Part shown: in pieces, positions 29,911-39,153 of the stretch | Layout: the number at the start of each line of letters is the position of its first letter | Numbering within the stretch: the stretch's first letter is position 1 | Assembly (NCBI GenBank): GCA_024279475.1 | Contig: JAJRRM010000080.1 | Location: forward strand, 1 to 41,538 | Reading direction: 5' to 3' | DNA from: Alphaproteobacteria bacterium | GTDB lineage: Bacteria > Pseudomonadota > Alphaproteobacteria > 16-39-46 > JAJRRM01 | DNA: 41,538 nucleotides | Notes under the pieces: model-generated | What the model saw: only the letters and a program-made list of their open reading frames with translations | Database searches by the model: none | What the model was told of the DNA's origin: nothing | Position numbers and translations under genes: made by a program

Positions 29911-30340
29911 ATAATCTTAGGATGTGTTCGTTGGTACTGTAGATATGGAATCAGTTACCGTGATCTGGAAGAAATGATGTTAGAAAGAGGCATTGAAGTA
30001 GATCATACAACCCTCTATAGATGGATACAGCAGTATGCTCCTGAAATAGAGAAACGATTACGGTATTACTGGAAACCTGCTATGGGACGTAACTGGAGAG
30101 TTGATGAAACATATGTAAAGATAAAGGGGAAATGGGCCTATTTATACAGAGCTGTTGCCTCTCGAGGACGACACATACTATTGATTTCTTTCTTCTGCTA
30201 CACGGAACTCTAAAGCAGCTAAACGCTTCTTAGGTAAAGCTCTTAAGAGTCTGAAATCATGGGGTCATCCTTCTTCTATTAACACAGATAAATCATCAAC
30301 TTATGGCATAGCTATAGAGAGGTTAAAAAAAGAAGGAAAA
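29775..30340 (+). mobile_element. IS6-family transposase pseudogene (IS6100-like), frameshifted and 3'-truncated
   Basis: MNNFK*NHSRGE, then IILGCVRWYCRYGISYRDLEEMMLERGIEVDHTTLYRW...WRVDETYVK. After frameshifts near 30170-30200 it continues TRNSKAAKRFLGKAL...INTDKSSTYGIAIERLKKEGK. A degenerate left end lies at ~29706-29725. Confidence 0.9.
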
Positions 30341-30508
30341 AGTAGAAAAAAAGATAAATCAAAAATTCCAACTAAAGATAAAAATAGCAAGAAAGAATAT
30401 TCTCCTGGCTAAAGTGAGATTGTTGAAAATCTCAAATGTTCAAACAAAACTGTTCTCAATGTGAGAAAAAAATTGACTTATTTAGAAAGAGAAAACTCCA
30501 AACTCTAA
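30341..30508 (+). pseudogene. Probable serine resolvase C-terminal HTH remnant
   Basis: SRKKD...G*SEIVENLKCSNKTVLNVRKK resembles resolvase HTH tails. Confidence 0.4.
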
Positions 30509-30673
30509 TTTCTGCACTTTACCAAAAATGACCTCACACAAGCACTTGATCACAATGGGAACATATTTTATAGATATTACAATTGAACAACCAGAAATAG
30601 AGGATGTGTGATAATTTCCGGTTTTAAGGAAATTTTGGTCTACAAACCGTAAACCCTGACACGAATGGGGTCG

Positions 30674-31523
30674 CTATCCATAGTTAGTAAGAAATAGTTT
30701 GTTAACAATATACTTATATTTTTCAATATACTTTTCTATACCTTCCAGGTCTTTAATTTGATGAGCAAGCATGTAGGACCAAGATTCTTTTGTTTCAGTA
30801 AAATTTGAAGTTAATAAAGCTAAAAGATCTTCTGGACAACGAAGACCTTTATAAAGGAATTTATTGGTCATTATTTTCAATAAATCTTTTGTGTTAGTTT
30901 TTGTAGCATATATATTTTCATAAATATGAACTACATCCTATAAATCCCTAGGTCTTGTTCTTTCTACAAGGGCTCTACATTTTTCAGAGAAAATTTCATT
31001 CATGCTATAATTTCGAATTTGAACTGATACATCCTTTTTGTCTGAATAATCATGCATTAAGGGTGAAAATTTTTCCTTATCTACAAGTTCTTCATTTTTT
31101 GATAAGTCTAATTTTATTTTTGGAAGAGAGCCAGATGCCAAGAGAGGACTTTGAAATGGGATTTTAATTTGTATAAAGAGTCCATTTTTATCAGGAAAAG
31201 GAGAGATATTTATACTTTTTTGGTCTATTGTAAAACCAAAGAGCTCATACCCTATTTTAGAAACTTCTAATAAATATTTATGAATATCTCTTGGATCTGT
31301 AGAAGCTTCTTTCTTTAGAGTAAAATCTAAATCTTCACTAAATCTATAGTTCTTAAAATATATTTTTTTCAAACATGTTCCACCCTTAAAAACCCATGAT
31401 TTCCTTATGGTAGGGTGTCTATAAAGACAGGAGCATGAGCCCAAGAATATAATCTTTCTCTACAGTGGGTAAAGGTAATCCTAATTCTTTTTGTTTTTTT
31501 AAAAGTTCTTGTTTAGATATCAT
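30674..31523 (-). pseudogene. abiEii: AbiEii-type nucleotidyltransferase toxin, inactivated
   Basis: ATG at 31523 gives MISKQEL...VEKDYILG. After a frameshift near 31430 it reads VFKGGTCLKK..YRFSEDLDF...EKCRAL.ERTRPRDL. An in-frame TAG at 30938-30940 replaces the expected Tyr, and the same frame continues DVVHI... into ORF 30674..30880. Confidence 0.88.
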
Positions 31524-31526
31524 TTA

Positions 31527-32318
31527 TCATTCCAAATTTTTAGGAACCCTAAGGCGCCATTTTTTTATATAAGAATCTTCCTTTATCCTTGGTGCTAATA
31601 ATGATGGGCCTTTACTGATATTTTTATGACAGATATTAATATAATAAGTAGACTCTTTGTCATATTTCTCTAAAAGGAACCCTATACGTTTAAACAGCGA
31701 TCTGTTATGTGCCTTATGTGCATAATCTATAAGTTTATCAAGATTTTTATGTTCAGATTTCAAGTATTCTTTAAATATGTCTAAAAACCCTTGAAAATCA
31801 AAATCAGTAATAAAGTTTGTAAAATCTATGATTGTTTTGTGGGGATCACTTACGAAAATCTTTTCTTGGTTTATCCATTTTGTTTCAAGTCCAAAAAAAT
31901 AATTAGATGGAACATGCCGTAATATATAGGAATGGCTTGATTTGATAACTTCCTTTTTCCTGACATATTTATCAGTCATAACCCAAGTTTTTTGAAAAAT
32001 CTGGTCTGTAAAATCCCAGAAAGAAGCTGCTGACCAGCCACCTATATAACAATTTTTAAAAAGATAAGAAGCAAGAACAAAGCTATTTTCATCTGTTAGA
32101 TCAGGACTGATAGATTCAAGAGGAACAGGAATATAGATACCAGGTTGGACCATTTTAAGCCACCCTGATCTATGAAGAGAAGATAAAAGTTTTCCTACCT
32201 TATATCTACTTTCATTAAGCTTTCGAGATGTTGAGTCAATAGTAATAACTGACTTACCCTCAGAAAGAATAGTAGCTAATATTTTTCGACGTTTTACCTT
32301 AAGTCCATGTAGTTCCAT
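31527..32318 (-). CDS. abiEi: AbiEi-type antitoxin / transcriptional regulator (type IV TA)
   Basis: N-terminal wHTH (L.RSGWL....GIY), YIGGWSAA.FW..TDQ, VSDPHKTIID, KRIGFLLE and KKWRLRVP. Lies 3 bp upstream of the toxin. Confidence 0.85.
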   Translation of the reverse strand: MELHGLKVKRRKILATILSEGKSVITIDSTSRKLNESRYKVGKLLSSLHRSGWLKMVQPGIYIPVPLESISPDLTDENSFVLASYLFKNCYIGGWSAASFWDFTDQIFQKTWVMTDKYVRKKEVIKSSHSYILRHVPSNYFFGLETKWINQEKIFVSDPHKTIIDFTNFITDFDFQGFLDIFKEYLKSEHKNLDKLIDYAHKAHNRSLFKRIGFLLEKYDKESTYYINICHKNISKGPSLLAPRIKEDSYIKKWRLRVPKNLE

Positions 32319-32531
32319 ATAATGACCCTACAGCAATGATCATAAAAGTCAATCCTATTGTCGTTGTAATATATAAAAACCTTGTGTATTTTAATAAGTG
32401 GGTTTAGTTAAACCCTGGCTGTGAATTTTTTTATGAGATTTACTAGACCCCCGGCTGACATCCTGGTAAAAAAGGGACATGCTCACCTGTTATTCTTTTG
32501 AAGACTAAACTCTAAAGGTGTAGTTTGTCCC

Positions 32532-32668
32532 GCTCGATCTTTGACACACGTCATTAATACTATAATGAGTCTAGAGGAACGACAAATTAGGCTGAAAGTC
32601 ACTACTCAGAATATTGATACCTCAACATCAGAAGGCAGGCTGTTCTTTCACATGAATGCAGCCTTTGA
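32532..32668 (+). pseudogene. Serine recombinase (resolvase/invertase) internal fragment
   Basis: ARSLTHVINTIMSLEERQIRLKVTTQNIDTSTSEGRLFFHMNAAFD matches the resolvase catalytic domain (ARS...IDT.T..GRL.F). No start and no C-terminus. Confidence 0.8.
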
Positions 32669-33056
32669 TCAATAAAACAAAAATCTGTCCCTAATCTCTT
32701 GTAAAAATTGACACAACTCATCAATACTTGCATTCTCAAGAGTTTTTTCACTAAAATTGCTAGGGAGGTCAAGAATATAAGGGTCTTTAAATACTAAATG
32801 TTCTGAAAATTTCTTTTTTGTTTGCAAATCATTTAATTCTTTCTTTATAACTTTGTAGGGTTGTTTAGATATAGCCGTACGTTCATATAAAACACCCTCT
32901 ATTTTTCGTCTAAGATCCCTCACACTCCTGAGTTCAATCTTGCACATTTCCGTATAAAACTGACATTTTAAAGGAGTGTCCAAAGCAATTAATTCAATAA
33001 AATGAGACCCTGACAATAGTGGCGACACTGTCGACACTATTTCCTTTTCTGCAAAC
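32669..33056 (-). pseudogene. YhcG/DUF1016 PD-(D/E)XK nuclease family fragment
   Basis: FAEKEIVSTVS..LS.SHF, FY..MC.....SVRDLRRKI...LYERT, FKDPYILD and SEKTLE. Truncated on both sides. Confidence 0.8.
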
Positions 33057-33281
33057 TTAATGAATAATTTTAAGTAAAATCATTCCAGAGGAGAAACAAC
33101 CAACTTGCGGCATAACTCACTACCCTTAAAAAATTTAAGATAATGCTTATGTTTAAGAATTGCCATAGATGGATGAAGAAAGTGTTATGGGAGAAGTACG
33201 TTTTATTAATCAATCTTTTGGAATTAATACCAATTAAATAATATCACCTTTTTAGCCAATTTTATTTTTTGCAACAGGGCC
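33057..33281 (+). mobile_element. Internally deleted IS6 remnant (copy 2 of the 139-bp repeat, tnp 3' end and right IR)
   Basis: tnp start MNNFK*NHSRGE is fused to C-terminal remnants TTLKKFKIMLMFK and VMGEVRFINQSFGI. The terminal TTTGCAACAGGGCC (33268-33281) is the reverse complement of an IS6-type GGCCCTGTTGCAAA. Confidence 0.85.
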
Positions 33282-33356
33282 TAAATACGTCTTATTAAAC
33301 AAATTTTCAGTATTTATACCAGTTAAAGAGCTCTATATTTTTCTCCCGTTTTATTT

Positions 33357-33686
33357 TTTTCAACAGGGAGTCTTATGTTTGTAGTTCTGCTAGCAATCTA
33401 GTCCTAATTTGAAGCTTCAATAAGAGTAGCAATCGGTGGATTTTCATTAGCTGTACAATTTGCATTTTTCTTTAAAGGGGTAGCACAAGATGCTATTATT
33501 TCCTCTATACATCTAAATAAGTATCGTCACATTTAACTCCCAGTGCTTCTAAAAAGCAAATCCTATGTATTAATATGTATTTTTCAAGAAATTATTAAGT
33601 ATAATTTATTACGTTTATTATTTTCTTAATAAGTTAAAGAGTCCTTTTTAATTTGTACTAGAGTAGGAGGGGAGTGCTGTTGCAAA
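33357..33686. mobile_element. Two further degenerate IS6-type terminal inverted repeats
   Basis: TTTTCAACAGGGAG (33357-33370, right-end orientation, same T-rich context as 33268) and AGTGCTGTTGCAAA (33673-33686, left-end orientation). Confidence 0.6.
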
Positions 33687-33850
33687 TAAATGAGAGAGAT
33701 AGAGATTTTTACTTATCAATCAATCTCTGTCCAGGCTCTACTAAGAGTAAGAGATATAGTACTCTCCAAAAATCAAAGAAGAACTCCATCATAATAAGCA
33801 TACAATCATTAACCCTAGATACAAAATTAAAAAGTATCTAACACTTATAA

Positions 33851-34678
33851 CTATAAGTCCTTATGCTGTAGAGGTATCCATTTGGGCACATAAACAGGGC
33901 AATCTTTGCTCTCATTTTTCAAATTTTCCAAACGAATACGCGCTAATCCTAAATCTTTATAACGAGTAACTATTATCCCTAGTTCTTTTTCTTTGTCTGA
34001 AATAATTGTATTTGGGTGTGCAGAAATATCTTCTGACAACTGGAAGGGTAAAATACGTTTTCGAATCAACCCCTGATGATATGTTCGAGCGGTAAGCTCT
34101 TGCCCCATATAGCATCCTTTTTTAAAGCTAATAGCATTTAGGTAGTCTAAATTTGCTTCCAATGGTATTGTTTTTTCCTCTATAAGCCCACTTTTTGCTT
34201 CAGGAACACCAAGTTTTATTCTATGGTACGTATAATCTCCTTCTTCATATTTAGATTTCAGATTTTCTAACTCTTTTCGACTACCGTATATTCTCCCCCC
34301 TAACGCTTCTACTCTAGGATCTTGGTACACGCCTCCTTCCTCCATAAAGGAAGATTCTCCCCAAATTGCCATAACACTATGCGTATCTTGTACTTTTTTT
34401 ACCTCTATATTAGAGCGTAATTTATAAAGAGAAAGGCGTTTTAAAAGATCCTCTCTTCTCTCTTTATGTACATCTATTAGATATTCTTTTTCCTGTTTTC
34501 TTATAAAGAAATCATGTACATACCGACCCTTTGGGCTTAAAAGAGCTGTATAAATAAGCATATTATCTGTTGCTTTATTAATATCATTAGTTATTAATCC
34601 CTGAAAAAAAGGAGGAACATCTTGCCCAGATATAGACAAAAATTGACGATTTGATAAAATTTGGGCATAAAGAGTCAT
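33851..34678 (-). CDS. ygfZ: Folate-binding protein YgfZ
   Basis: FFQGLITND, LSPKGR and the signature KGCYMGQELTAR. Confidence 0.93.
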   Translation of the reverse strand: MTLYAQILSNRQFLSISGQDVPPFFQGLITNDINKATDNMLIYTALLSPKGRYVHDFFIRKQEKEYLIDVHKERREDLLKRLSLYKLRSNIEVKKVQDTHSVMAIWGESSFMEEGGVYQDPRVEALGGRIYGSRKELENLKSKYEEGDYTYHRIKLGVPEAKSGLIEEKTIPLEANLDYLNAISFKKGCYMGQELTARTYHQGLIRKRILPFQLSEDISAHPNTIISDKEKELGIIVTRYKDLGLARIRLENLKNESKDCPVYVPKWIPLQHKDL

Positions 34679-34716
34679 AGTCTTCCCTCAATAGTCTTAC
34701 TTTAAAGTTTAAAAAC

Positions 34717-35667
34717 ATGCACATTCTTTTTATAACAGCTAAACATATTGGTGATGCTATTCTTTCCACTACTATTATGGAACACCTTCATAAACAATAT
34801 CCTTTAGCTCAATTTACGGTTATTTGTGGAGAAAAACCAGCCTCAATTTTGCAAGCACCTTATATAAAGAAAATTATCCCCATTAAGAAAAAAATTTATC
34901 GTCTCCATTGGATTGATATTTGGTATTCTTGTAGAGGAAAAAAATGGGACCTTATTATTGACTTACGTGGATCTGTTCTTAGCTATTTATTGAATTCCAA
35001 GAGATGTCTTATATGGAGACCTCAAAATACCAATGCTCATAAAATTAAACAATTAGCTAATTTTATGAAAGTAAATTCTCTACCAGAGCCAAAAATATAT
35101 ATCTCCAAAGAGGCAAATGAAAAAGCAGCACCCTTTTTAAAAGGATTAAAAGAACCTATTATTTTAGGTTCTACAGCTAACTGGCATGCTAAACGTTGGG
35201 ATAATCATAAATTTGCTAAATTAGCACACTCTCTTCAAAAAGAACTTTTTCCAACAAGTTCTTTTGTTGTACTAGGTGCCTCTGGTGATGAATCCCTTAC
35301 AGAAGAATTATGTAGTTTCGCACCAAAAAATCTTCTTATACCTCTTGTTGGAAAAATGGATCTTTTAACCACAGCTGCTTTCTTAAAAAAGTCACGTTTA
35401 TTTATTGGAAATGATTCTGGCTTAATGCACTTATCTGCTGCTGTAGGTATTCCAACACTAGGATTATTTGGCCCCTCAAAAGAATCTGTTTATGCTCCTG
35501 TCGGCAAGCATACACATTGGGTGCGCACATATAAAAGCTATGCTGAGCTCGTAGAAACACCCGATTATGATCAAAAAAATACAAAAAATATGATGGAAGG
35601 GCTCTCTGTTGAGAAAGTTCTTAAAGCTGTTAAAGTACTAGAAAAGAAAGTAAAAAATGACTCATAA
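34717..35667 (+). CDS. Glycosyltransferase family 9 (heptosyltransferase-like)
   Basis: IGDAILST, KRW and FIGNDSGLMHLSAA.G.PTLGLFGP. Confidence 0.9.
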   Translation: MHILFITAKHIGDAILSTTIMEHLHKQYPLAQFTVICGEKPASILQAPYIKKIIPIKKKIYRLHWIDIWYSCRGKKWDLIIDLRGSVLSYLLNSKRCLIWRPQNTNAHKIKQLANFMKVNSLPEPKIYISKEANEKAAPFLKGLKEPIILGSTANWHAKRWDNHKFAKLAHSLQKELFPTSSFVVLGASGDESLTEELCSFAPKNLLIPLVGKMDLLTTAAFLKKSRLFIGNDSGLMHLSAAVGIPTLGLFGPSKESVYAPVGKHTHWVRTYKSYAELVETPDYDQKNTKNMMEGLSVEKVLKAVKVLEKKVKNDS

Positions 35668-36451
35668 AGAATCTTATTTATCTGGTCTTGTGGTTGCCCA
35701 CAACGAAGAAAAAAATTTAAAAGCCTGTCTAGATACTCTTCAATTTTGCAATGAGTTAATTGTGGTTCTGGATCGCTGTACTGATAGCTCTGAAAAAATA
35801 GCTAAAGAAGCTGGTGCAAAAATTCTCAAAGGCACTTGGCCCATTGAAGGAAACAGGCGTAATGAAGGAATTGCTGCTTGTAAGGGGCCTTGGATTTTAG
35901 AGCTAGATGCTGATGAGCATATTTCTATAGATCTGGCAAAAGAAATAAAGAAAGCCATAAAAAATCCTTCTGAAGCAGCCTATTTTACTATCCCCGTAGA
36001 TAATTATATTGGCCGTCACTGTGTACGTTACGGTTGGGGAGCTTATTTCGGTGTTGGTAGTGTTAAACGTTTATTCAAAAAAGGGGCAAAAATCTGGGGA
36101 AACCAGCGTATTCATCCACGCATTACCTTTACAGGAAAAGAAGGATATCGTTTTTCTAATCGTCTTATTCATTATGTAGATAAAGACATTTCAGATATGA
36201 TTGTTCGCCTTAACCGCTATACAACAGCTAGAGCGGAAGATATGCGTGAATCTGGTGAGCTTAAATCTGAAACATTGCAACGCAATGTTCGTCGTATTTT
36301 CTCTCGATTCTATAAATGTTATATACGCAAAAAAGGCTATAAAGAAGGAGCTTATGGTTTTCTTATTGCTCTGTGTGCTGGACTATATCCTATTTTATCC
36401 TATCTTAAGGCAACATTAGAAAAAGAGAAGAATGATCATGTCAAAGATTAG
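35657..36451 (+). CDS. Glycosyltransferase family 2 (WaaE/LgtF-like)
   Basis: AHNEEKNL..CL, LDADE, RLNRYT and GYKEGAYGF. Confidence 0.9.
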   Translation: MTHKESYLSGLVVAHNEEKNLKACLDTLQFCNELIVVLDRCTDSSEKIAKEAGAKILKGTWPIEGNRRNEGIAACKGPWILELDADEHISIDLAKEIKKAIKNPSEAAYFTIPVDNYIGRHCVRYGWGAYFGVGSVKRLFKKGAKIWGNQRIHPRITFTGKEGYRFSNRLIHYVDKDISDMIVRLNRYTTARAEDMRESGELKSETLQRNVRRIFSRFYKCYIRKKGYKEGAYGFLIALCAGLYPILSYLKATLEKEKNDHVKD

Positions 36452-37481
36452 ATTACTTCAATCTCTTGGATCTAAAGGAGGAGGGGGAGCCGAAAGCTTT
36501 TTTATGCGCTTAGCAAACTCTTTACATAAAGAAAAAAGCGTAGAGCAACACCTTCTAGTTCGTCCAAATAAATATCGAGAGGCATTTTATCAACAATATA
36601 GTATACCTTATTTGCAAGCAGGGTTTGGATCCTCTTATTTAGACTTAAAAACACATTTAGCCTTTCGTCGTGCTATAAAAGCACTTAATCCAAATATTGT
36701 GATGACATGGATGAACAGAGCTACAGCTTTTTGTCCCAATCCAAAAAAGAAAAACTTCCAGCATATAGCAAGACTAGGGGGCTATTATAATTTAAAGTAC
36801 TATAAAAACTGTGATTATTTAGTAGCTAATACACCAATGATTGTGGACTATCTAATTCAACAAGGTTGGCCAAAAAACAAAGCTCATTATATCCCAAATT
36901 TTGTACCAGAAAATATAGAAAAACCCTATAATCCTAGTGATTTTTCTTTATCAAAAGACCAACCTATCATTCTAGCTGCTGGACGCCTTCATATAAATAA
37001 AGGATTTGATATTCTTATTAAATCTATAGCAAAAATACCCACAGGACATCTCCTTCTTGCTGGAGACGGTCCTTTACGCCAAGATCTCGTTGCCTTAGTT
37101 AATTCTTTAAATCTTAATGATCGTGTAACATTTCTTGGGTGGAGAGAAGATACACAATCACTCTTAGCTACAGCCCATATTTTCGTATGTCCATCACGTC
37201 ATGAGCCTCTTGGAAATGTTGTTCTAGAAGCCTGGGCAAGCAAAACGCCTGTTATTGCAGCAAAAAGTCATGGACCTTCTATGCTAATAGACCATGAAAT
37301 TTCTGGTCTTTTATTTGATATTGACAATGTAGCTGACCTAGCTTTCCAACTTAATTCATTGTTAAAAAAGAAAAAATATGCAAAAAATCTTGCTTTAGAA
37401 GGAACAAAAAGTTTTCAAAAATACTTTTCTCAAAAAATTGTTACAAAGCAGTATATTAATTTTTTTAACGATATTATATAG
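36432..37481 (+). CDS. Glycosyltransferase family 4
   Basis: GGGAE, GRLHINKGFD, FLGWRED and PSRHEPLGNVVLEAW. The start may be 36438. Confidence 0.9.
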   Translation: MIMSKIRLLQSLGSKGGGGAESFFMRLANSLHKEKSVEQHLLVRPNKYREAFYQQYSIPYLQAGFGSSYLDLKTHLAFRRAIKALNPNIVMTWMNRATAFCPNPKKKNFQHIARLGGYYNLKYYKNCDYLVANTPMIVDYLIQQGWPKNKAHYIPNFVPENIEKPYNPSDFSLSKDQPIILAAGRLHINKGFDILIKSIAKIPTGHLLLAGDGPLRQDLVALVNSLNLNDRVTFLGWREDTQSLLATAHIFVCPSRHEPLGNVVLEAWASKTPVIAAKSHGPSMLIDHEISGLLFDIDNVADLAFQLNSLLKKKKYAKNLALEGTKSFQKYFSQKIVTKQYINFFNDII

Positions 37482-37490
37482 CTTATTTTA

Positions 37491-38393
37491 TCAACTAATT
37501 TTACCCAATACACTATCAAAGTGATTAAAATCATCTATATAAATAGTAATTTTCTTCTCTGAACCTTCTAGGCATATATCAACATTTGCTCCTAGCTTTG
37601 TTGACATTTCCCTTTCAAGAGTTTTTATATCTTCAGGTTTTTCATCCATACCAACTGCTACAGAAGAGTTATTTTTCTTTTTTTTAGAAACTTTTTTAAA
37701 CAAATTTTCTGTTTCTCTAACATTTAAATTATTTTCAATAATTCTACTAAGGTAATTTTCAGCTTCTTTACTAGAGACTCCTACTAAGCAACGAGCATGC
37801 CCATAGGTTATTTGTTTATCACTCAGTGCTTTTTTAGCAGCAGAAGAAAGCTTATTCAACCGAAGAATATTGGCAATATAGCTGCGACTTTTACCCAAAG
37901 TTTCTGCTAGCATACCTTGAGTAAAACTATAAAGTTCCATCAAACTTTCATAAGCCATAGCTTCTTCCAACGCAGATAAGTCTGCTCGTTGAATATTTTC
38001 AACTAAAGCAATTTTCATACGATCAACTGTATTAATCTTATGTTCTATGATGGGTATGGTTTGACACCCTGCTATATGGCTTGCGCGCCAACGACGTTCC
38101 CCAGCAATAATTTCATAGGTACCTTCTTCTTTTTTTTGTTGAACAATAATTGGCTGTAAAACACCATGTTCTTTGATCGAAGCAGCAAGCTCTCCCAGAG
38201 ATTTTTTATCTATTGTTTTTCTTGGTTGATCTTTGTTTGGAGTAATTAATTCCAGAGAAACTTCCTTTATTTCTTTAGAACCCAATATGCTTTCTTTTCT
38301 ATCCAAAAAGTGAGTATTATCACTATATACAGTCTCATCATCTCCTAGTAAGGCTGCTAACCCTCTTCCTAGAGCTTTTTTTTTAATTGTCAT
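37491..38393 (-). CDS. parB: Chromosome partitioning protein ParB
   Basis: LGRGLAALL, QPRK, IIAGERRWRA, ENIQR and an HTH (GKSRSYIAN). Confidence 0.96.
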   Translation of the reverse strand: MTIKKKALGRGLAALLGDDETVYSDNTHFLDRKESILGSKEIKEVSLELITPNKDQPRKTIDKKSLGELAASIKEHGVLQPIIVQQKKEEGTYEIIAGERRWRASHIAGCQTIPIIEHKINTVDRMKIALVENIQRADLSALEEAMAYESLMELYSFTQGMLAETLGKSRSYIANILRLNKLSSAAKKALSDKQITYGHARCLVGVSSKEAENYLSRIIENNLNVRETENLFKKVSKKKKNNSSVAVGMDEKPEDIKTLEREMSTKLGANVDICLEGSEKKITIYIDDFNHFDSVLGKIS

Positions 38394-39153
38394 TTAAAAC
38401 CCTTTTCTTTTCTCTTTGTAAAAATTCTGAAGTAACAGCCATGTATGCTTGTGCACCTGTACTTTTAATATCATAAAATAAAACACTCATTCCATGGGAT
38501 GGGGCTTCTGCAATCTTAACATTTCTTGGAATGACCGTCTTAAAAACCAAATCACTCAAATTATCACGCACATCTTTCTCAACCAAAGAACTTAGGGCAT
38601 TTCGTCGATCATACATGGTTAAAATAACTCCCTCCATCACCAATTTTGGGTTAAATTTATTTTTTATTCTTTTTATAGTGTTAAGCAAATAGCTTAATCC
38701 TTCAAGAGCATAGTATTCACACTGTAAGGGCATTAAAACAGCATCTGAAGCTGTTAAAGCATTTATTGTCAACATACCTAAAGAAGGTGGACAATCTATA
38801 ATTATATATTCATAGTCCTTAAAATTTTTTAAAATATACTCTTTTAAACGATATTCTCGTTTATTCATCTGCAAAAGTTCAACCTCAGCACCTGCTAAAT
38901 TTTGACTACCACTTAATAAGTTTAAAAAAGGTATTTTTGTTTTCTGTATAAGATTATTTTTATTTCCAACTAAAGCTTCATAGATGCCTGGTTTTTTTTT
39001 ATCACCACCCAGTCCAGTAGTCCCATTTCCCTGAGGATCTAAGTCGATTAACAGAGTTTTTTTACCTAGCGCTGCTAAGCAACTAGACAAATTTACAGCT
39101 GTAGTCGTTTTTCCTACACCGCCTTTTTGATTCGCAATAGAAAGAATTTTCAT
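38383..39153 (-). CDS. parA: Chromosome partitioning ATPase ParA
   Basis: NQKGGVGKTT, DLDPQGN, DCPPSLG and QCEYYALEG. Confidence 0.96.
   Translation of the reverse strand: MKILSIANQKGGVGKTTTAVNLSSCLAALGKKTLLIDLDPQGNGTTGLGGDKKKPGIYEALVGNKNNLIQKTKIPFLNLLSGSQNLAGAEVELLQMNKREYRLKEYILKNFKDYEYIIIDCPPSLGMLTINALTASDAVLMPLQCEYYALEGLSYLLNTIKRIKNKFNPKLVMEGVILTMYDRRNALSSLVEKDVRDNLSDLVFKTVIPRNVKIAEAPSHGMSVLFYDIKSTGAQAYMAVTSEFLQREKKRVLNDN

Noticed and set aside
30938-30940. In-frame TAG in abiEii as programmed readthrough or an alternative genetic code
   Set aside because: TAG terminates other genes here (ybaB, ahpC, the GT4 gene), and the same gene also carries a frameshift.
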